Positions 10,370-20,463 of a stretch of 45,194 nt of DNA are shown one piece after another (the stretch's first letter is position 1; the number at the start of each line of letters is the position of its first letter). The position numbers and the translations under genes are program-made. Location: sequence record SRR31156797_3702; one strand, 5' to 3'. The notes beneath the pieces are model-generated. The model ran no database searches. It saw nothing but the letters and a program-made list of their open reading frames with translations, and was not told the DNA's origin.

Positions 10370-11131
10370 TTAAAATCGAAGAGACAAACAACTCAACCCG
10401 CCATCCAACTTCCTGAATTCTGTCATTTCAAGTTCCAAAACCTGATATCCTTTTTCAATCAATTTCTGTTTTAGTTTTGGATTTCCCGATGGGATCAGAA
10501 CTGTTCCGTTGATCCAAACGCAGTTTGCTGCATAGCTTTCATCCTCATCCACAACGATTTTATCGTATTCAGAAAATGCATGCATTTTGGCCATTGCCGG
10601 GATTACTGCAATGGTGTTGTTTTCAAGATAAGCGCAGCCGGTTTTAAGATGGAGCAAATCCTGCAAATGAACAGTTGATCCGGTGTGTCCATATTTTTCA
10701 AGGATCGTGATAAGCTGTCTTGCACCATACTGGTTTGTTCGTGCTGAAAGCCCGATAAAGAAATGATTGCCGGCCATCATGATATCCCCGGCTTCCACTG
10801 TTCCAGGTCTGTGGATGGATTCTACATTATCATAGTGTTCTGCAAGAATTGGCTTCACCAGTTGCTCTTCACCCAAACGACGTTCTGCTCCGGGACGTGT
10901 AATGATGGCACATTTGGGTGTCAACAGCGCTACATCCTCCATAAAAACCGAATCCGGAAACTGTTCAACGGCATCAAGGACTTCAACTTCCAAATCACAA
11001 CTTTTCAAAGCGCGGATGTAGGCTTCATGCTGTTGGCACATCAGGTGAAAATCAACTTTTCCCAATGCTGCCGTTGTGATCCCGTGAACCACCGAGCTGC
11101 CGGGTTTTCTTACGATTGCTTTTGTGAACAT
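10370..11131 (-). CDS. Dimethylarginine dimethylaminohydrolase (amidinotransferase superfamily)
   Basis: FPDSVFMED, EAGD, LHLKTG, YAANC, C-terminal DGGLSCLS with the catalytic Cys; ATG at 11131 (MFTKAIVRKP) preferred as start. Confidence 0.88.
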   Translation of the reverse strand: MFTKAIVRKPGSSVVHGITTAALGKVDFHLMCQQHEAYIRALKSCDLEVEVLDAVEQFPDSVFMEDVALLTPKCAIITRPGAERRLGEEQLVKPILAEHYDNVESIHRPGTVEAGDIMMAGNHFFIGLSARTNQYGARQLITILEKYGHTGSTVHLQDLLHLKTGCAYLENNTIAVIPAMAKMHAFSEYDKIVVDEDESYAANCVWINGTVLIPSGNPKLKQKLIEKGYQVLELEMTEFRKLDGGLSCLSLRF

Positions 11132-11274
11132 GATCTGAGATAATTTACTCAAAGGATTAAGATAAAGCTGTAAACTTAAATTATTTATTCAATGCCTAAC
11201 GTTTTATGTACAATTTCTAAACGCTCTTCTTTTCAAAATTGATTAAATTCGCATTCTTTCAGAATTCAGTTATC

Positions 11275-11708
11275 ATGAAAATTTATCTCGATAATTGTAC
11301 TTTTAATCGACCGTTTGACGACCAATCGTTTATCAGAATAAAGATCGAATCAGAGGCGAAACTTTTTATCCAAAAAAAGATAAAAACAAAGAGCTGATAC
11401 TTATTTGGTCATACATTCTTGACTTTGAAAATGATCAAAATCCATTTTCTGAAAGACAATTGGCAATAGACGGAAGGAAACGGCTTGCAGCGATAGATAT
11501 TAAAGAGACACCGAATTTGTTGATTGAAGCAAATGAAATATTAGCAAAAGGTTTGAAGCCAAAGGATGCACTTCACATTGCATCGGCATTAATTGGAGAA
11601 GCAGATTATTTTATTACTACCGATGATGGAATATTAAAGAAAACAAACCGTTTTCAAAGTATACAAATCTTAAATCCAACTGACTTCATTAAAATACTGG
11701 AGCCATGA
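11275..11708 (+). pseudogene. PIN-domain protein split by a -1 frameshift
   Basis: 11275-11397 encodes MKIYLDNCTFNRPFDDQ...IQKKIKTKS*. The -1 frame continues NKELILIWSYILDFENDQNPF...KPKDALHIASA...YFITTDD to the stop at 11708. The break lies in the A-runs at 11372-11390. Confidence 0.85.
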
Positions 11709-11905
11709 TATACACTGATTCTGAAATAAAAACAATGGGTTTAAAGGCATTAATTGCAAAATTAGGCATGGTGGAGGCTGAAAGGTTCATTAGTCTGATA
11801 AACCGTGAACCGTTTGACTATACAAAATGGCAGCGAACACTGTGGGAAAATAAAACGATCGAAGATATTAGCTCTCACGCAATGAAGAGTCGTGCGGAAA
11901 AATAA
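11705..11905 (+). CDS. Small protein downstream of PIN gene, putative antitoxin
   Basis: 66 aa, GMVEAERFISLINREPFDYTKWQ; ATGA overlap with the PIN stop. Confidence 0.7.
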   Translation: MIYTDSEIKTMGLKALIAKLGMVEAERFISLINREPFDYTKWQRTLWENKTIEDISSHAMKSRAEK

Positions 11906-11944
11906 ATCTGGCAGGACATGCAATATGGCTCAGATCTGTAATCC

Positions 11945-11978
11945 AAAAAATACCTCGGGACTTCGTGAGAACCGAGGT
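11945..11978 (-). terminator. Probable terminator for the oxidoreductase gene
   Basis: ACCTCGG...CCGAGGT stem with adjacent A6 (T6 on the minus strand), between convergent genes. Confidence 0.55.
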
Positions 11979-12007
11979 GAGCAAATTAAACGGGTTTTTT
12001 AATTCTT

Positions 12008-15000
12008 CTACTTAAAAGCCTTCTCCAACAATCCATCACCTTTAAGGGTGAGCCGGTCGAAATAGGCCGGAACGTCTTTACCAACCAGCCTATCCACATA
12101 AAGTTTGGCGAGATATTGACCGAGCATAAAGCCTTGTCCGCGCAATCCAATAAAGAGTCCGGCATCTGGATCAACGATCATGCGGGGTTCCACATAATAG
12201 CCGGCCCACACAGCCTGAAAACCTACGGATGAAAGTTCAGGTAACCAATCCACAAACACTTCGGATACAATCTCGAGGAAATCCTTGGAGTTTATCTTCA
12301 GGTTTTTGTCGGTTTCACCGGGTTCGATTTGTGGAGAAGCACAGCCGATAATCTGCCCGGTTTCGCCGAGCTGCTGACCATAAACAGCTGAAAATCCTTT
12401 GTACTTCCTACGGTCGATCATCATGGGCAACGGAATGCCGTTTACACCCATAAAAGGCAATCTTCGCGTGATAAATGCCTGGTGTTTTACGGGGTAAATT
12501 CCAGTTTCCAGACCAAGTTTTTTTGCAAATTTGTCACCCTGCGGGCCCAATGCATTGATAAAATAATCGGTTATATACTCGATATATGATTTATCATGGG
12601 TTTTAACCAGAACGATATACTTACTATTTTCCTGCCTTATGTCAATCAGTTCGCAATCTTCTTCAATACTACCTCCCTGATCGATGCCCAGTTGGCGGAT
12701 CAGATCCACAACCTTACCTGGAGTGGCCTGCCAGCAATTATGGGTGATCAGTGCCGATTGGTAAGTTTTGAGGTTGTCATTAAAGAATGGCGATACCCTG
12801 CCCTTGAAATCCTTTGGTTCGATCATTTCTGCATCCGACCAGGCCATAGATGCTTCGAGCGCCTTATACATCTGGTCATCATGAGCAAATGTTACATAAT
12901 CGATAGGCCGGAAATCGATATTATTGATGTTTTGGAGTTCTTTAAAAATCTCCAGATTCTCTGTGGCAATTTCTGAAAGTTCCGGTAAACTAAAATTCGG
13001 ACGGCCACCGGCGATATTACGCCATGAGGCACCCCTTCCAAAATTTATCATCACCGGTTTCATGCCTTCTTCAGCAAGATAGCGGAACAAAGCACTACCA
13101 CCAATTCCTCCACCGGCAACCAACGATTTCACCTCAATCTGTTTTGGTCTGCTGTCGTTGATATGTGTTACAATTCGCTCATGCTTTGTCTTGGGATACA
13201 GTTCGCCGAGTGAAACCTGGTTGGACAATGGTCCACGTGGAGTAGGCTCTCCAACCACCGAAATGCCTGTTCCGGCCAAAGTCTGGCGCAAACGCTTAAT
13301 GCAACGCTTACCACGGCAGGCACCCATTCCAAGGCGTGTTGTGTGCTTCACCTCATCCACCGAGATAAACTTACGATCGCCTACCACATCCAGAATTTCC
13401 TCCAACTTCACATCATCACAATGGCAGATGAACTGTTCGGTTGCCAGGTCTGTTTTATTATCCTTGAGCTCAACAGAAGCAGGATAGCGCTCTTTGATGA
13501 TAAAGCCGCGAACTTGAGTAAGTGATTCACCATGAACATCCAGAGATTTCACCCGAGCAACATGCGTTTTGTTGGGCTTCCGAAGAATTTTTTCAATCAC
13601 ACCTTCGCCCAGTTTCCGGCCATCATTATCCACAAGAAATACCTCAGCTTTTTCATCGGCGTCATATTCGATGGGCAGGAAGAGCCTGTCCTTTTTCAGG
13701 TTGTAACCAAAAATGGCAAGACCCGGACACTGATAAACACATTGCATACAGCCAATACATTTGTCGAAGTCGATATGTGGAACAGTGCTTGTGGATGTCT
13801 TGTGAATGGCATCATGCGGACAGGCAAACTCACATGGATTGCAGGCAAAACCATAGAGACAGTCGATGATGACAAAAGGCTTTTCCTTCATCCTTTCAGG
13901 TATGGGTTCAAAAGGTTTTTCAACCACACGAACCGGGTGTTGCTGCGAGTCGATATATTCTTTTGAAACCGCCAGGAATGCGTCATAATTATAACGTGCA
14001 CCAATATCTTCCAGTATCTCAAAAGCCACCTGCTTTCCACGAAGTACCGCGCTGGTTCCTTCGCCAATGCGAATGGCATCGCCTGCTCCATAAACATGGC
14101 GTCCAAAAATTTCCTTACCCTTAATTAAAAGCTGATCATCAGGAACAAGACCTGTACAAATATTAATGGCATCAATACCATCGATCACCTGCTCGGTTCC
14201 GGGGATTGGCCTGAAGTTTTCGCAATCGGCAACCACCGCACCCACAATTCCTGTGTTATCTTTATTAGGGATAGCTTTCAGCAGAATTTTTGATGTCATG
14301 ATGGGGATGCCCAGCCTGCGCACTCTGTTGGCCTGCACCGGGAAACCACCTTCGTGAGGCAAGGCCTCTACGATAGCTTTAACATTTGCACCGGCCTGCA
14401 TCAACTGGTAGGAAGTGAGGTAACCGATGTTTCCGGCACCAACCGTGAGAATGTTTTTACCCAACAGGGTCAACTCATTGTTCATCATTTTTTGCACAAC
14501 AGCTGCAGTAAAAACACCTGGCAGATCGTCGTTTTCAAAAGCCGGAAGGAATGGAACCGCTCCTGAAGCTACTACCAGAAAGTCGGCATCAATATAATAA
14601 ATCTCTTCAGTGCTGATATTTTTCACTGCCAGTCGCTTTCCTTCCAAAATATCCCAGACGGTCGAATCCAGGAATATTCCGGTGTGATCTTCTCCTGCGA
14701 GTGTTTCAGCAATATCAAATCCACGCATTCCGCCAAATTTTTTCTCCTTTTCGAAAAAGAAAAACTGGTGCGTTTGCATTAGAAATTGTCCGCCAATTTT
14801 ATCATTATTATCTACCACAATGTTGTGGATGTTGTTTTTATTGAGCTCTTCGCGACAAGCCAGTCCTGCAGGCCCGGCCCCAACAATAACAACCTGGGTT
14901 TTAAAAACTTTAACAGGCTCATCCTGATCCACATGCTCGCGAACCGGTGTGTAATCCTTCGGAATCTCCCGAACTTCATTGATGCTATCAACTTTTGTGA

Positions 15001-15241
15001 TACAAATGCGTTTGATCCTGCCATCGACAAGCATTTCACAGGCGCCGCATTTTCCAATTCCACACTCAAGCGAACGGTTACGATTGCGTAAACTATGGCT
15101 GTGTACAGGAAATCCAGCCTGGTGTAATGCGGCTGCAATGGTAAATCCCTTCTCACCCTCAATGGCCTTGCCATTGTATGTAAACTGAACTTTTTCGACC
15201 CTGGGAACCTCAAGGATCGGGTGTGATTTTATCTTGTGCAT
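12008..15241 (-). CDS. Multidomain FAD/Fe-S amine or amino-acid oxidoreductase fusion (sarcosine oxidase / proline dehydrogenase / HcnABC-like subunits in one chain)
   Basis: 2Fe-2S CGIGKCGAC; Rossmann GAGPAG and GAGNIG; 4Fe-4S CNPCEFACP and CIGCMQCVYQCP; BFD-like CHC...GACRGKRC; DAO-like GGGIGG...GQGFMLG. Confidence 0.85.
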   Translation of the reverse strand: MHKIKSHPILEVPRVEKVQFTYNGKAIEGEKGFTIAAALHQAGFPVHSHSLRNRNRSLECGIGKCGACEMLVDGRIKRICITKVDSINEVREIPKDYTPVREHVDQDEPVKVFKTQVVIVGAGPAGLACREELNKNNIHNIVVDNNDKIGGQFLMQTHQFFFFEKEKKFGGMRGFDIAETLAGEDHTGIFLDSTVWDILEGKRLAVKNISTEEIYYIDADFLVVASGAVPFLPAFENDDLPGVFTAAVVQKMMNNELTLLGKNILTVGAGNIGYLTSYQLMQAGANVKAIVEALPHEGGFPVQANRVRRLGIPIMTSKILLKAIPNKDNTGIVGAVVADCENFRPIPGTEQVIDGIDAINICTGLVPDDQLLIKGKEIFGRHVYGAGDAIRIGEGTSAVLRGKQVAFEILEDIGARYNYDAFLAVSKEYIDSQQHPVRVVEKPFEPIPERMKEKPFVIIDCLYGFACNPCEFACPHDAIHKTSTSTVPHIDFDKCIGCMQCVYQCPGLAIFGYNLKKDRLFLPIEYDADEKAEVFLVDNDGRKLGEGVIEKILRKPNKTHVARVKSLDVHGESLTQVRGFIIKERYPASVELKDNKTDLATEQFICHCDDVKLEEILDVVGDRKFISVDEVKHTTRLGMGACRGKRCIKRLRQTLAGTGISVVGEPTPRGPLSNQVSLGELYPKTKHERIVTHINDSRPKQIEVKSLVAGGGIGGSALFRYLAEEGMKPVMINFGRGASWRNIAGGRPNFSLPELSEIATENLEIFKELQNINNIDFRPIDYVTFAHDDQMYKALEASMAWSDAEMIEPKDFKGRVSPFFNDNLKTYQSALITHNCWQATPGKVVDLIRQLGIDQGGSIEEDCELIDIRQENSKYIVLVKTHDKSYIEYITDYFINALGPQGDKFAKKLGLETGIYPVKHQAFITRRLPFMGVNGIPLPMMIDRRKYKGFSAVYGQQLGETGQIIGCASPQIEPGETDKNLKINSKDFLEIVSEVFVDWLPELSSVGFQAVWAGYYVEPRMIVDPDAGLFIGLRGQGFMLGQYLAKLYVDRLVGKDVPAYFDRLTLKGDGLLEKAFK

Positions 15242-15291
15242 CCTAAAGTGCTTTTATGTGCATTAACAAAAAATTGTTATTGAAATAACAG

Positions 15292-15299
15292 CAAAACTA
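15292..15299 (-). promoter_or_regulatory. Bacteroidota-type -7 promoter element
   Basis: Reverse complement TAGTTTTG ~50 nt upstream of the oxidoreductase start, with TTTG motifs further upstream. Confidence 0.55.
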
Positions 15300-15484
15300 T
15301 GGGTTTTAAAGTTGCGCAAAACAAAATGCAAAAATTTATAACCAGTATAAATTCAGGCTGTTAGAAATAGTAAGCAGGTTTCAATGGCAAGGTCTCATAA
15401 TCCGGCTGGACTAGAAAAGCAATGCATAGAAATGACTGCGAGTTGAGGAATAAAATCAGGGGATGTATGGGACGCTTAAAAACA

Positions 15485-15509
15485 AAAAACGCCCTCAAAA
15501 TGGGGCGTT
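15485..15509 (-). terminator. Probable terminator for the 83-aa gene
   Basis: AACGCCC...GGGCGTT stem with an A-run on its left (T-run on the minus strand). Confidence 0.6.
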
Positions 15510-15549
15510 AACCTTTAACAGGTGTTTTTAGTGTGTTTTTAAAGCACGC

Positions 15550-15801
15550 TTATGCAAGTGCTTTTTCCAGCTGGGTTAAAATTTTCTTGTTAACTTTTCT
15601 GGGGTTCGATGCCTTAAATTTGGTGAGTTCTTTTAAAGCCTTTTTGCCAAACTCTGCCAAACCTTCAGGGTTCCTATCAAAATCATAGCTGCCGATGCAG
15701 TAATCAAGTTTCTCTTTCAGGTCGGCAAATTTCGGTTCATTCAGCTTTTCTATGGCCTGTGAAGCCGCCTCACATGCAATTCTTAATTTGTCGTTACTCA
15801 T
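15550..15801 (-). CDS. Hypothetical protein (83 aa)
   Basis: ATG start, plausible helical protein, its own promoter motif and terminator. Confidence 0.7.
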   Translation of the reverse strand: MSNDKLRIACEAASQAIEKLNEPKFADLKEKLDYCIGSYDFDRNPEGLAEFGKKALKELTKFKASNPRKVNKKILTQLEKALA

Positions 15802-15834
15802 AGTTCTCTCATTTAATGATTAAAATTCAGCGCG

Positions 15835-15842
15835 CAAAAGTA
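15835..15842 (-). promoter_or_regulatory. Bacteroidota-type -7 promoter element
   Basis: Reverse complement TACTTTTG 33 nt upstream of the start at 15801. Confidence 0.6.
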
Positions 15843-16760
15843 TTACTATTTCGTTATATGCAACTTTTTTTCCATTAAGATAACTTTAATTTTTAAGCAC
15901 ATAGAACCAATCCTCCAAAATATATGCAGCAGATATTTCATCCCGGATCTGATATATTGACTATAACAGGTTGAAATAGATTACACCTTAACCTTAAATT
16001 AACATTACTTGCCTTCGCTGCAACACTTTACAAATACAGCAATTAGAAAAAAATGGCGCACCTTTGGGGTACTTGCATATAACTTACTGTTCGCATATTT
16101 TCTGATCTCCTGATCATCCGTACTCCTGACGACCATTCCAGGCTTAGAATCATGATCATTTGGAAAACTGCTAACATGGATGTTTAAGAATGCTTTGCCT
16201 CTGCATTTAATTTGGTTGTTATCGTCATTGGCTTAAAATCTGATTCTGTTGCAGCCAAAAGCTTTTATAGGCTTACAGGTTTATCTCTTGTGCCTGGATT
16301 ATTCTGGTGATTCATGGCAAGGATAATCACGGGAGGCTGGCAATTTACAATCCGTAATGAAACGTTTCATCCCAACATTAGTGCCCGGGTTTTCGGATCT
16401 ATTCCTTTGTTGAGCAGCATTACCTTTCCCTGGTCCTATTTGGTTATGGTTATCACAGTATTTACAAGCCAAAAAGGCTGACTTTTATCTAACAACCTCC
16501 TTATTAAATAACAAGTATTAAAAATCCTTAATAAGCGACTCACCTGTGAAGCTATACTTCTACATCAGTCAAATTATATCTCCCACCACCCCAGTACTTT
16601 CAACTGTAAAAATCTACATATTATAATGTGATAAATAATTTAAATAACTGTTAAAGTGGTTGTTAAACTTGATTTATGGGGGTAGGATACAGTAACTTTA
16701 TGCAGTCATTATAAGGAGTAGAACTACCGCTTAAAACCGGTTATTAAAAACAACAATAAA

Positions 16761-17333
16761 TTGATCCACTTAGCCCTTGAGCAAATTATAGCTGAGTTAA
16801 ACAGCTATTTATCTGTAAAAATATCGGAATCCGAACGGGTTATAGCCAATAATCTGCTTACCCAGGATGGCAGCCTGCAAAGTGGTATTGATGATAAAGT
16901 TATAGTATCGCTTGTAAACACCGAAGAAGAGCGTATAGCTCAAGACCCGAATATCTACCACAAGCAACCCGACGGATCGCTTAAAATTCAAAAACCTGAA
17001 ATCAAATTAAACCTGTATATTCTGTTTATCCCATATTTTCCGTCGGATTATAATGAATCACTGAAGATGATCTCGTTGGTGATTAGTTTCTTTCAAAAGA
17101 AAAACAAGTTTACACCGGCCAACACTCCGGATCTTGACCCAAAACTTAAAAACATTACAGTTGAAATGGTAACCATGAATATGGAACAAATTAATCACTT
17201 GTGGGCATCACTGGGAGCAAAATATACCCCATCGGTGCTTTACAAAATGAGGCTTGTTTCCATTGCAGATGATGAAATCGAAGGCACTGGCGAACCGATC
17301 CGGGAAATTTACATCAATGAAAACAACACATAA
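16761..17333 (+). CDS. eCIS cap / tail terminator (DUF4255, Afp16/Pvc16-like)
   Basis: IVSLVNTEEE, LNLYILF, YNESLKMISLVISFFQ, NHLWASLGAKYTPSVLYKMR; TTG start. Confidence 0.88.
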   Translation: MIHLALEQIIAELNSYLSVKISESERVIANNLLTQDGSLQSGIDDKVIVSLVNTEEERIAQDPNIYHKQPDGSLKIQKPEIKLNLYILFIPYFPSDYNESLKMISLVISFFQKKNKFTPANTPDLDPKLKNITVEMVTMNMEQINHLWASLGAKYTPSVLYKMRLVSIADDEIEGTGEPIREIYINENNT

Positions 17334-18419
17334 ATGATCATCAAATATGACATATTATTTGAAGTTGATTTAAGGCACAATTATTATACAAATGGCCTTT
17401 CACAGGATTTTATCATCCAGCCAACTGCGGAATGCAATGAACAACTTACCAGGTATGGATTGATTTTCAGAACATCGGCATTTGGATTTAAAGTGTTTGC
17501 TCCTGTGGTTCCTGAAACTGATCCGCCACAGCTTTTACGTCCGTTTGATGATGCATCGTTGAAGTTTACATTTGTAGTGGCTACAGCAAACAATAAAATC
17601 GAAACACTTACAACCTTGCCGGGATTTAAGCCGGCAGACCAAATATATTATTTCAGCAACCTGTATAATGATGTTGACGGAGATATCCGTTACCTGGGTG
17701 ACCATATCGGAGGATCACGAATCACCAACCCTGTAACGGCTATCAAAACGCCAATTCTCAACTACCGTTTTGACAATCCCGTAAGTGAAGCAGAATTTAC
17801 GCTTACGGATATGTTTGGAATAAACTATACACCAGAGTATTCGGCATTTAATTACGATGAGCAAACCTCCGGATTCCAGCATAACCTGGGAAAGGTACCC
17901 GGAATGAAAAGTGGCAGATACCTGATGTCAGACAATCATGGTGGAGCATTGCCATTTTATTTTGACAAAGATTTATACGGTAAAGACACTTTTGGTGTCA
18001 TCGAAATTTTTACCAACACCTTAGGTTTTACTGATCCCGAAAACGACCTTGTCCCTGCAGACTACAGGTTTGTGGAAAACGATAACATTACCGGCCAGGG
18101 TAGATACAGCATTGGACTTACAGCCGCAGAGCGTAAATGGATGTATATCTGCAGGAAAAATCCTGCCAACGCAGGAAATGGATTTGAAGTGAATAATCTT
18201 ACCGTTGACGGTCCGGTTGCTTTTAACCCTGCCGGAGGCGATGATATTGAAGAACGACAGATACTATCAGATGATCCTATTATACTTTCAGAAACTCCTG
18301 CCGAAGTTGAACTCAGGCATAGCGGCATAAAAATCCTTGACCTTCCTGTTCCATCTGTTGCGAGCAGGTTGGCACAACAAAATGATGAACCTTATTACCA
18401 GATGTATATATATGTTTAA
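17334..18419 (+). CDS. eCIS-associated protein, putative cap adaptor
   Basis: Abuts the DUF4255 gene and precedes the sheath; N-terminal LFEVDLRHNYY...PTAEC...GLIFR; role inferred from position. Confidence 0.5.
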   Translation: MIIKYDILFEVDLRHNYYTNGLSQDFIIQPTAECNEQLTRYGLIFRTSAFGFKVFAPVVPETDPPQLLRPFDDASLKFTFVVATANNKIETLTTLPGFKPADQIYYFSNLYNDVDGDIRYLGDHIGGSRITNPVTAIKTPILNYRFDNPVSEAEFTLTDMFGINYTPEYSAFNYDEQTSGFQHNLGKVPGMKSGRYLMSDNHGGALPFYFDKDLYGKDTFGVIEIFTNTLGFTDPENDLVPADYRFVENDNITGQGRYSIGLTAAERKWMYICRKNPANAGNGFEVNNLTVDGPVAFNPAGGDDIEERQILSDDPIILSETPAEVELRHSGIKILDLPVPSVASRLAQQNDEPYYQMYIYV

Positions 18420-18435
18420 TTAAATATTTCAGATT

Positions 18436-20415
18436 ATGAGTTACAAAACACCGGGTGTTTACGTAAAAGAAGTATCCATATTTCCTCCCTCGGTTGCCGA
18501 GGTGGAAACGGCTATCCCGGCCTTTATAGGATACACCGAAAAAGCGGAGAAAAGAGGGGAACAGCTTAGAAATGTTCCTACGAAAGTTACTTCTCTGCTT
18601 GAGTACACCACTTACTTCGGCGGCGGATACGAGGTATCTTCCGTGGATGTCCAGGTGGATGAAAGCAACAATTATGCTGTCTCCGGGGTCTCTGTCGACA
18701 CCAGATTTTACATGTACGATGCCCTTCGCACATTTTTCGACAATGGCGGCGGGCCGTGCTATATTGTTTCGGTAGGATTGTATGCAGGTGGCACGGTTGA
18801 AATGGGAGATGAAACCGACCCGGCTAACAATCCGGGGCTTCGTGTTGGATTGCACAAATTGAAAGACTATGACGAACCTACCATGATCCTGTTCCCTGAT
18901 GCACCACTTCTTGACCCGGTCAGCAATTTGTATTCTTTGCAAAAACTGGCCCTGGAACAATGCAACCGTCTACAGGACAGAGTTGGTGTGTTTGACCTGA
19001 GTGAAGCTGATGGCTGGTCTGAGGGTATTGAAGCATTCCGGAATAACGTCGGGATCAACAACCTGAAGTATGGCGCTGCCTACACGCCATGGCTCTACAC
19101 AAGCTATGCAAGGGACATCAGCTTCGAAATTTTTAAGGATAACGTGATAGACAGTGGAGACAATCCGCTGGATCTTGCTTTGCTAACATCAGACAGTTCG
19201 CTGAATGACCTGGTCAAAACGGCCAACACAACCGTGGCTGATACCGGAACCATTCAAACTACCGTTGACGGACTGCTGGGCGGTTATCCCACCATTGCCG
19301 ATCATTACAAGGAATTGAAAAATGCTTACCTGGGAACTGAAGCCGATCCCGAATTCAATGCTTTGCTTGGTTTCCTGAGGTCGGTGGCTGTTGCGCTTCC
19401 GGATTGGGCATCTTCACTTTCTGGCAAAAACCTGCTGAACGACCTTGCATCCTATGCCGACCAGGTTTTAAAAGAAGCCGTGCATGCGGTGATCGGATTT
19501 GAAAAGAATCCTGCCATACAGGCGGTTTCAGGAAAAGGCGACGGCGACACCGATACCGATTATACCGGATATGAGTTGCCATTGCCATGGCTGGCCGAAT
19601 ATGACGGAGATGATGATGACCAGGTGCTGGACGACATCGTTTCTGATGGTGAAGATTACAGCAACCTCACCACGTTGGCTATTCCTGCCATCCAAGGCAT
19701 TTTTGACAGCATAGCTTTGTTTATGCAACAAATTGCAGATGCTGGAGATACCCATGCCGAAAACGCCCAGAAAATCCTTTACGAAAACCATTCGATTATT
19801 GGCAATATCGTTAAGAACGTAGAAAAAGAGCTTTCGAAAATTCCACCAAGTGGTGCCATGGCGGGTGTTTATGCCAAAGTGGACAATGACCGTGGCGTGT
19901 GGAAGGCTCCCGCCAATGTGAGCGTGAACTCCGTTTCGGGCGTTACCGAATTTATTGATGATTACGAACAGGAAAGCCTGAACGTGGATGTGAATGCCGG
20001 AAAATCCATCAATGCCATCCGCCCTTTCACCGGAAAAGGAATTTTGGTTTGGGGTGCCCGCACCCTGGCCGGAAACGACAACGAATGGCGCTACATTCCG
20101 GTGCGTCGCTTCTTTAACATGGTGGAAGAATCCGTAAAGAAATCAACCGGCTGGGCCGTTTTTGAACCCAACGATGCCAATACCTGGAACAAAGTGCGTG
20201 GCATGATTGAAGGTTACCTATACCAAAAGTGGCAGGAAGGCGCCCTTCAGGGTGCAAAGCCTGACGAAGCATTCTTTGTGAAAGTAGGCCTGGGGCTTAC
20301 CATGACCCAGCAGGATATCCTGGAAGGTCGCATGATCGTGGAAATAGGAATGGCTGTGGTAAGGCCTGCCGAATTCATCATCCTCAAGTTTTCACACAAG
20401 ATGATCGAATCTTAA
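18436..20415 (+). CDS. Contractile tail sheath protein
   Basis: YKTPGVYVKE, ETAIPAFIGYT, FFDNGGG, PPSGAMAGVYA..D..RGVWKAPAN, VWGARTLAGNDNEWRY, VRPAEFI. Confidence 0.96.
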   Translation: MSYKTPGVYVKEVSIFPPSVAEVETAIPAFIGYTEKAEKRGEQLRNVPTKVTSLLEYTTYFGGGYEVSSVDVQVDESNNYAVSGVSVDTRFYMYDALRTFFDNGGGPCYIVSVGLYAGGTVEMGDETDPANNPGLRVGLHKLKDYDEPTMILFPDAPLLDPVSNLYSLQKLALEQCNRLQDRVGVFDLSEADGWSEGIEAFRNNVGINNLKYGAAYTPWLYTSYARDISFEIFKDNVIDSGDNPLDLALLTSDSSLNDLVKTANTTVADTGTIQTTVDGLLGGYPTIADHYKELKNAYLGTEADPEFNALLGFLRSVAVALPDWASSLSGKNLLNDLASYADQVLKEAVHAVIGFEKNPAIQAVSGKGDGDTDTDYTGYELPLPWLAEYDGDDDDQVLDDIVSDGEDYSNLTTLAIPAIQGIFDSIALFMQQIADAGDTHAENAQKILYENHSIIGNIVKNVEKELSKIPPSGAMAGVYAKVDNDRGVWKAPANVSVNSVSGVTEFIDDYEQESLNVDVNAGKSINAIRPFTGKGILVWGARTLAGNDNEWRYIPVRRFFNMVEESVKKSTGWAVFEPNDANTWNKVRGMIEGYLYQKWQEGALQGAKPDEAFFVKVGLGLTMTQQDILEGRMIVEIGMAVVRPAEFIILKFSHKMIES

Positions 20416-20463
20416 AATTTCAACAGTTCAGTTAAAAGGTAAATAACATAAACAATTAATATT

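Noticed and set aside
11460-11708. Stand-alone 82-aa gene
   Set aside because: It is the C-terminal half of the frameshifted PIN gene starting at 11275
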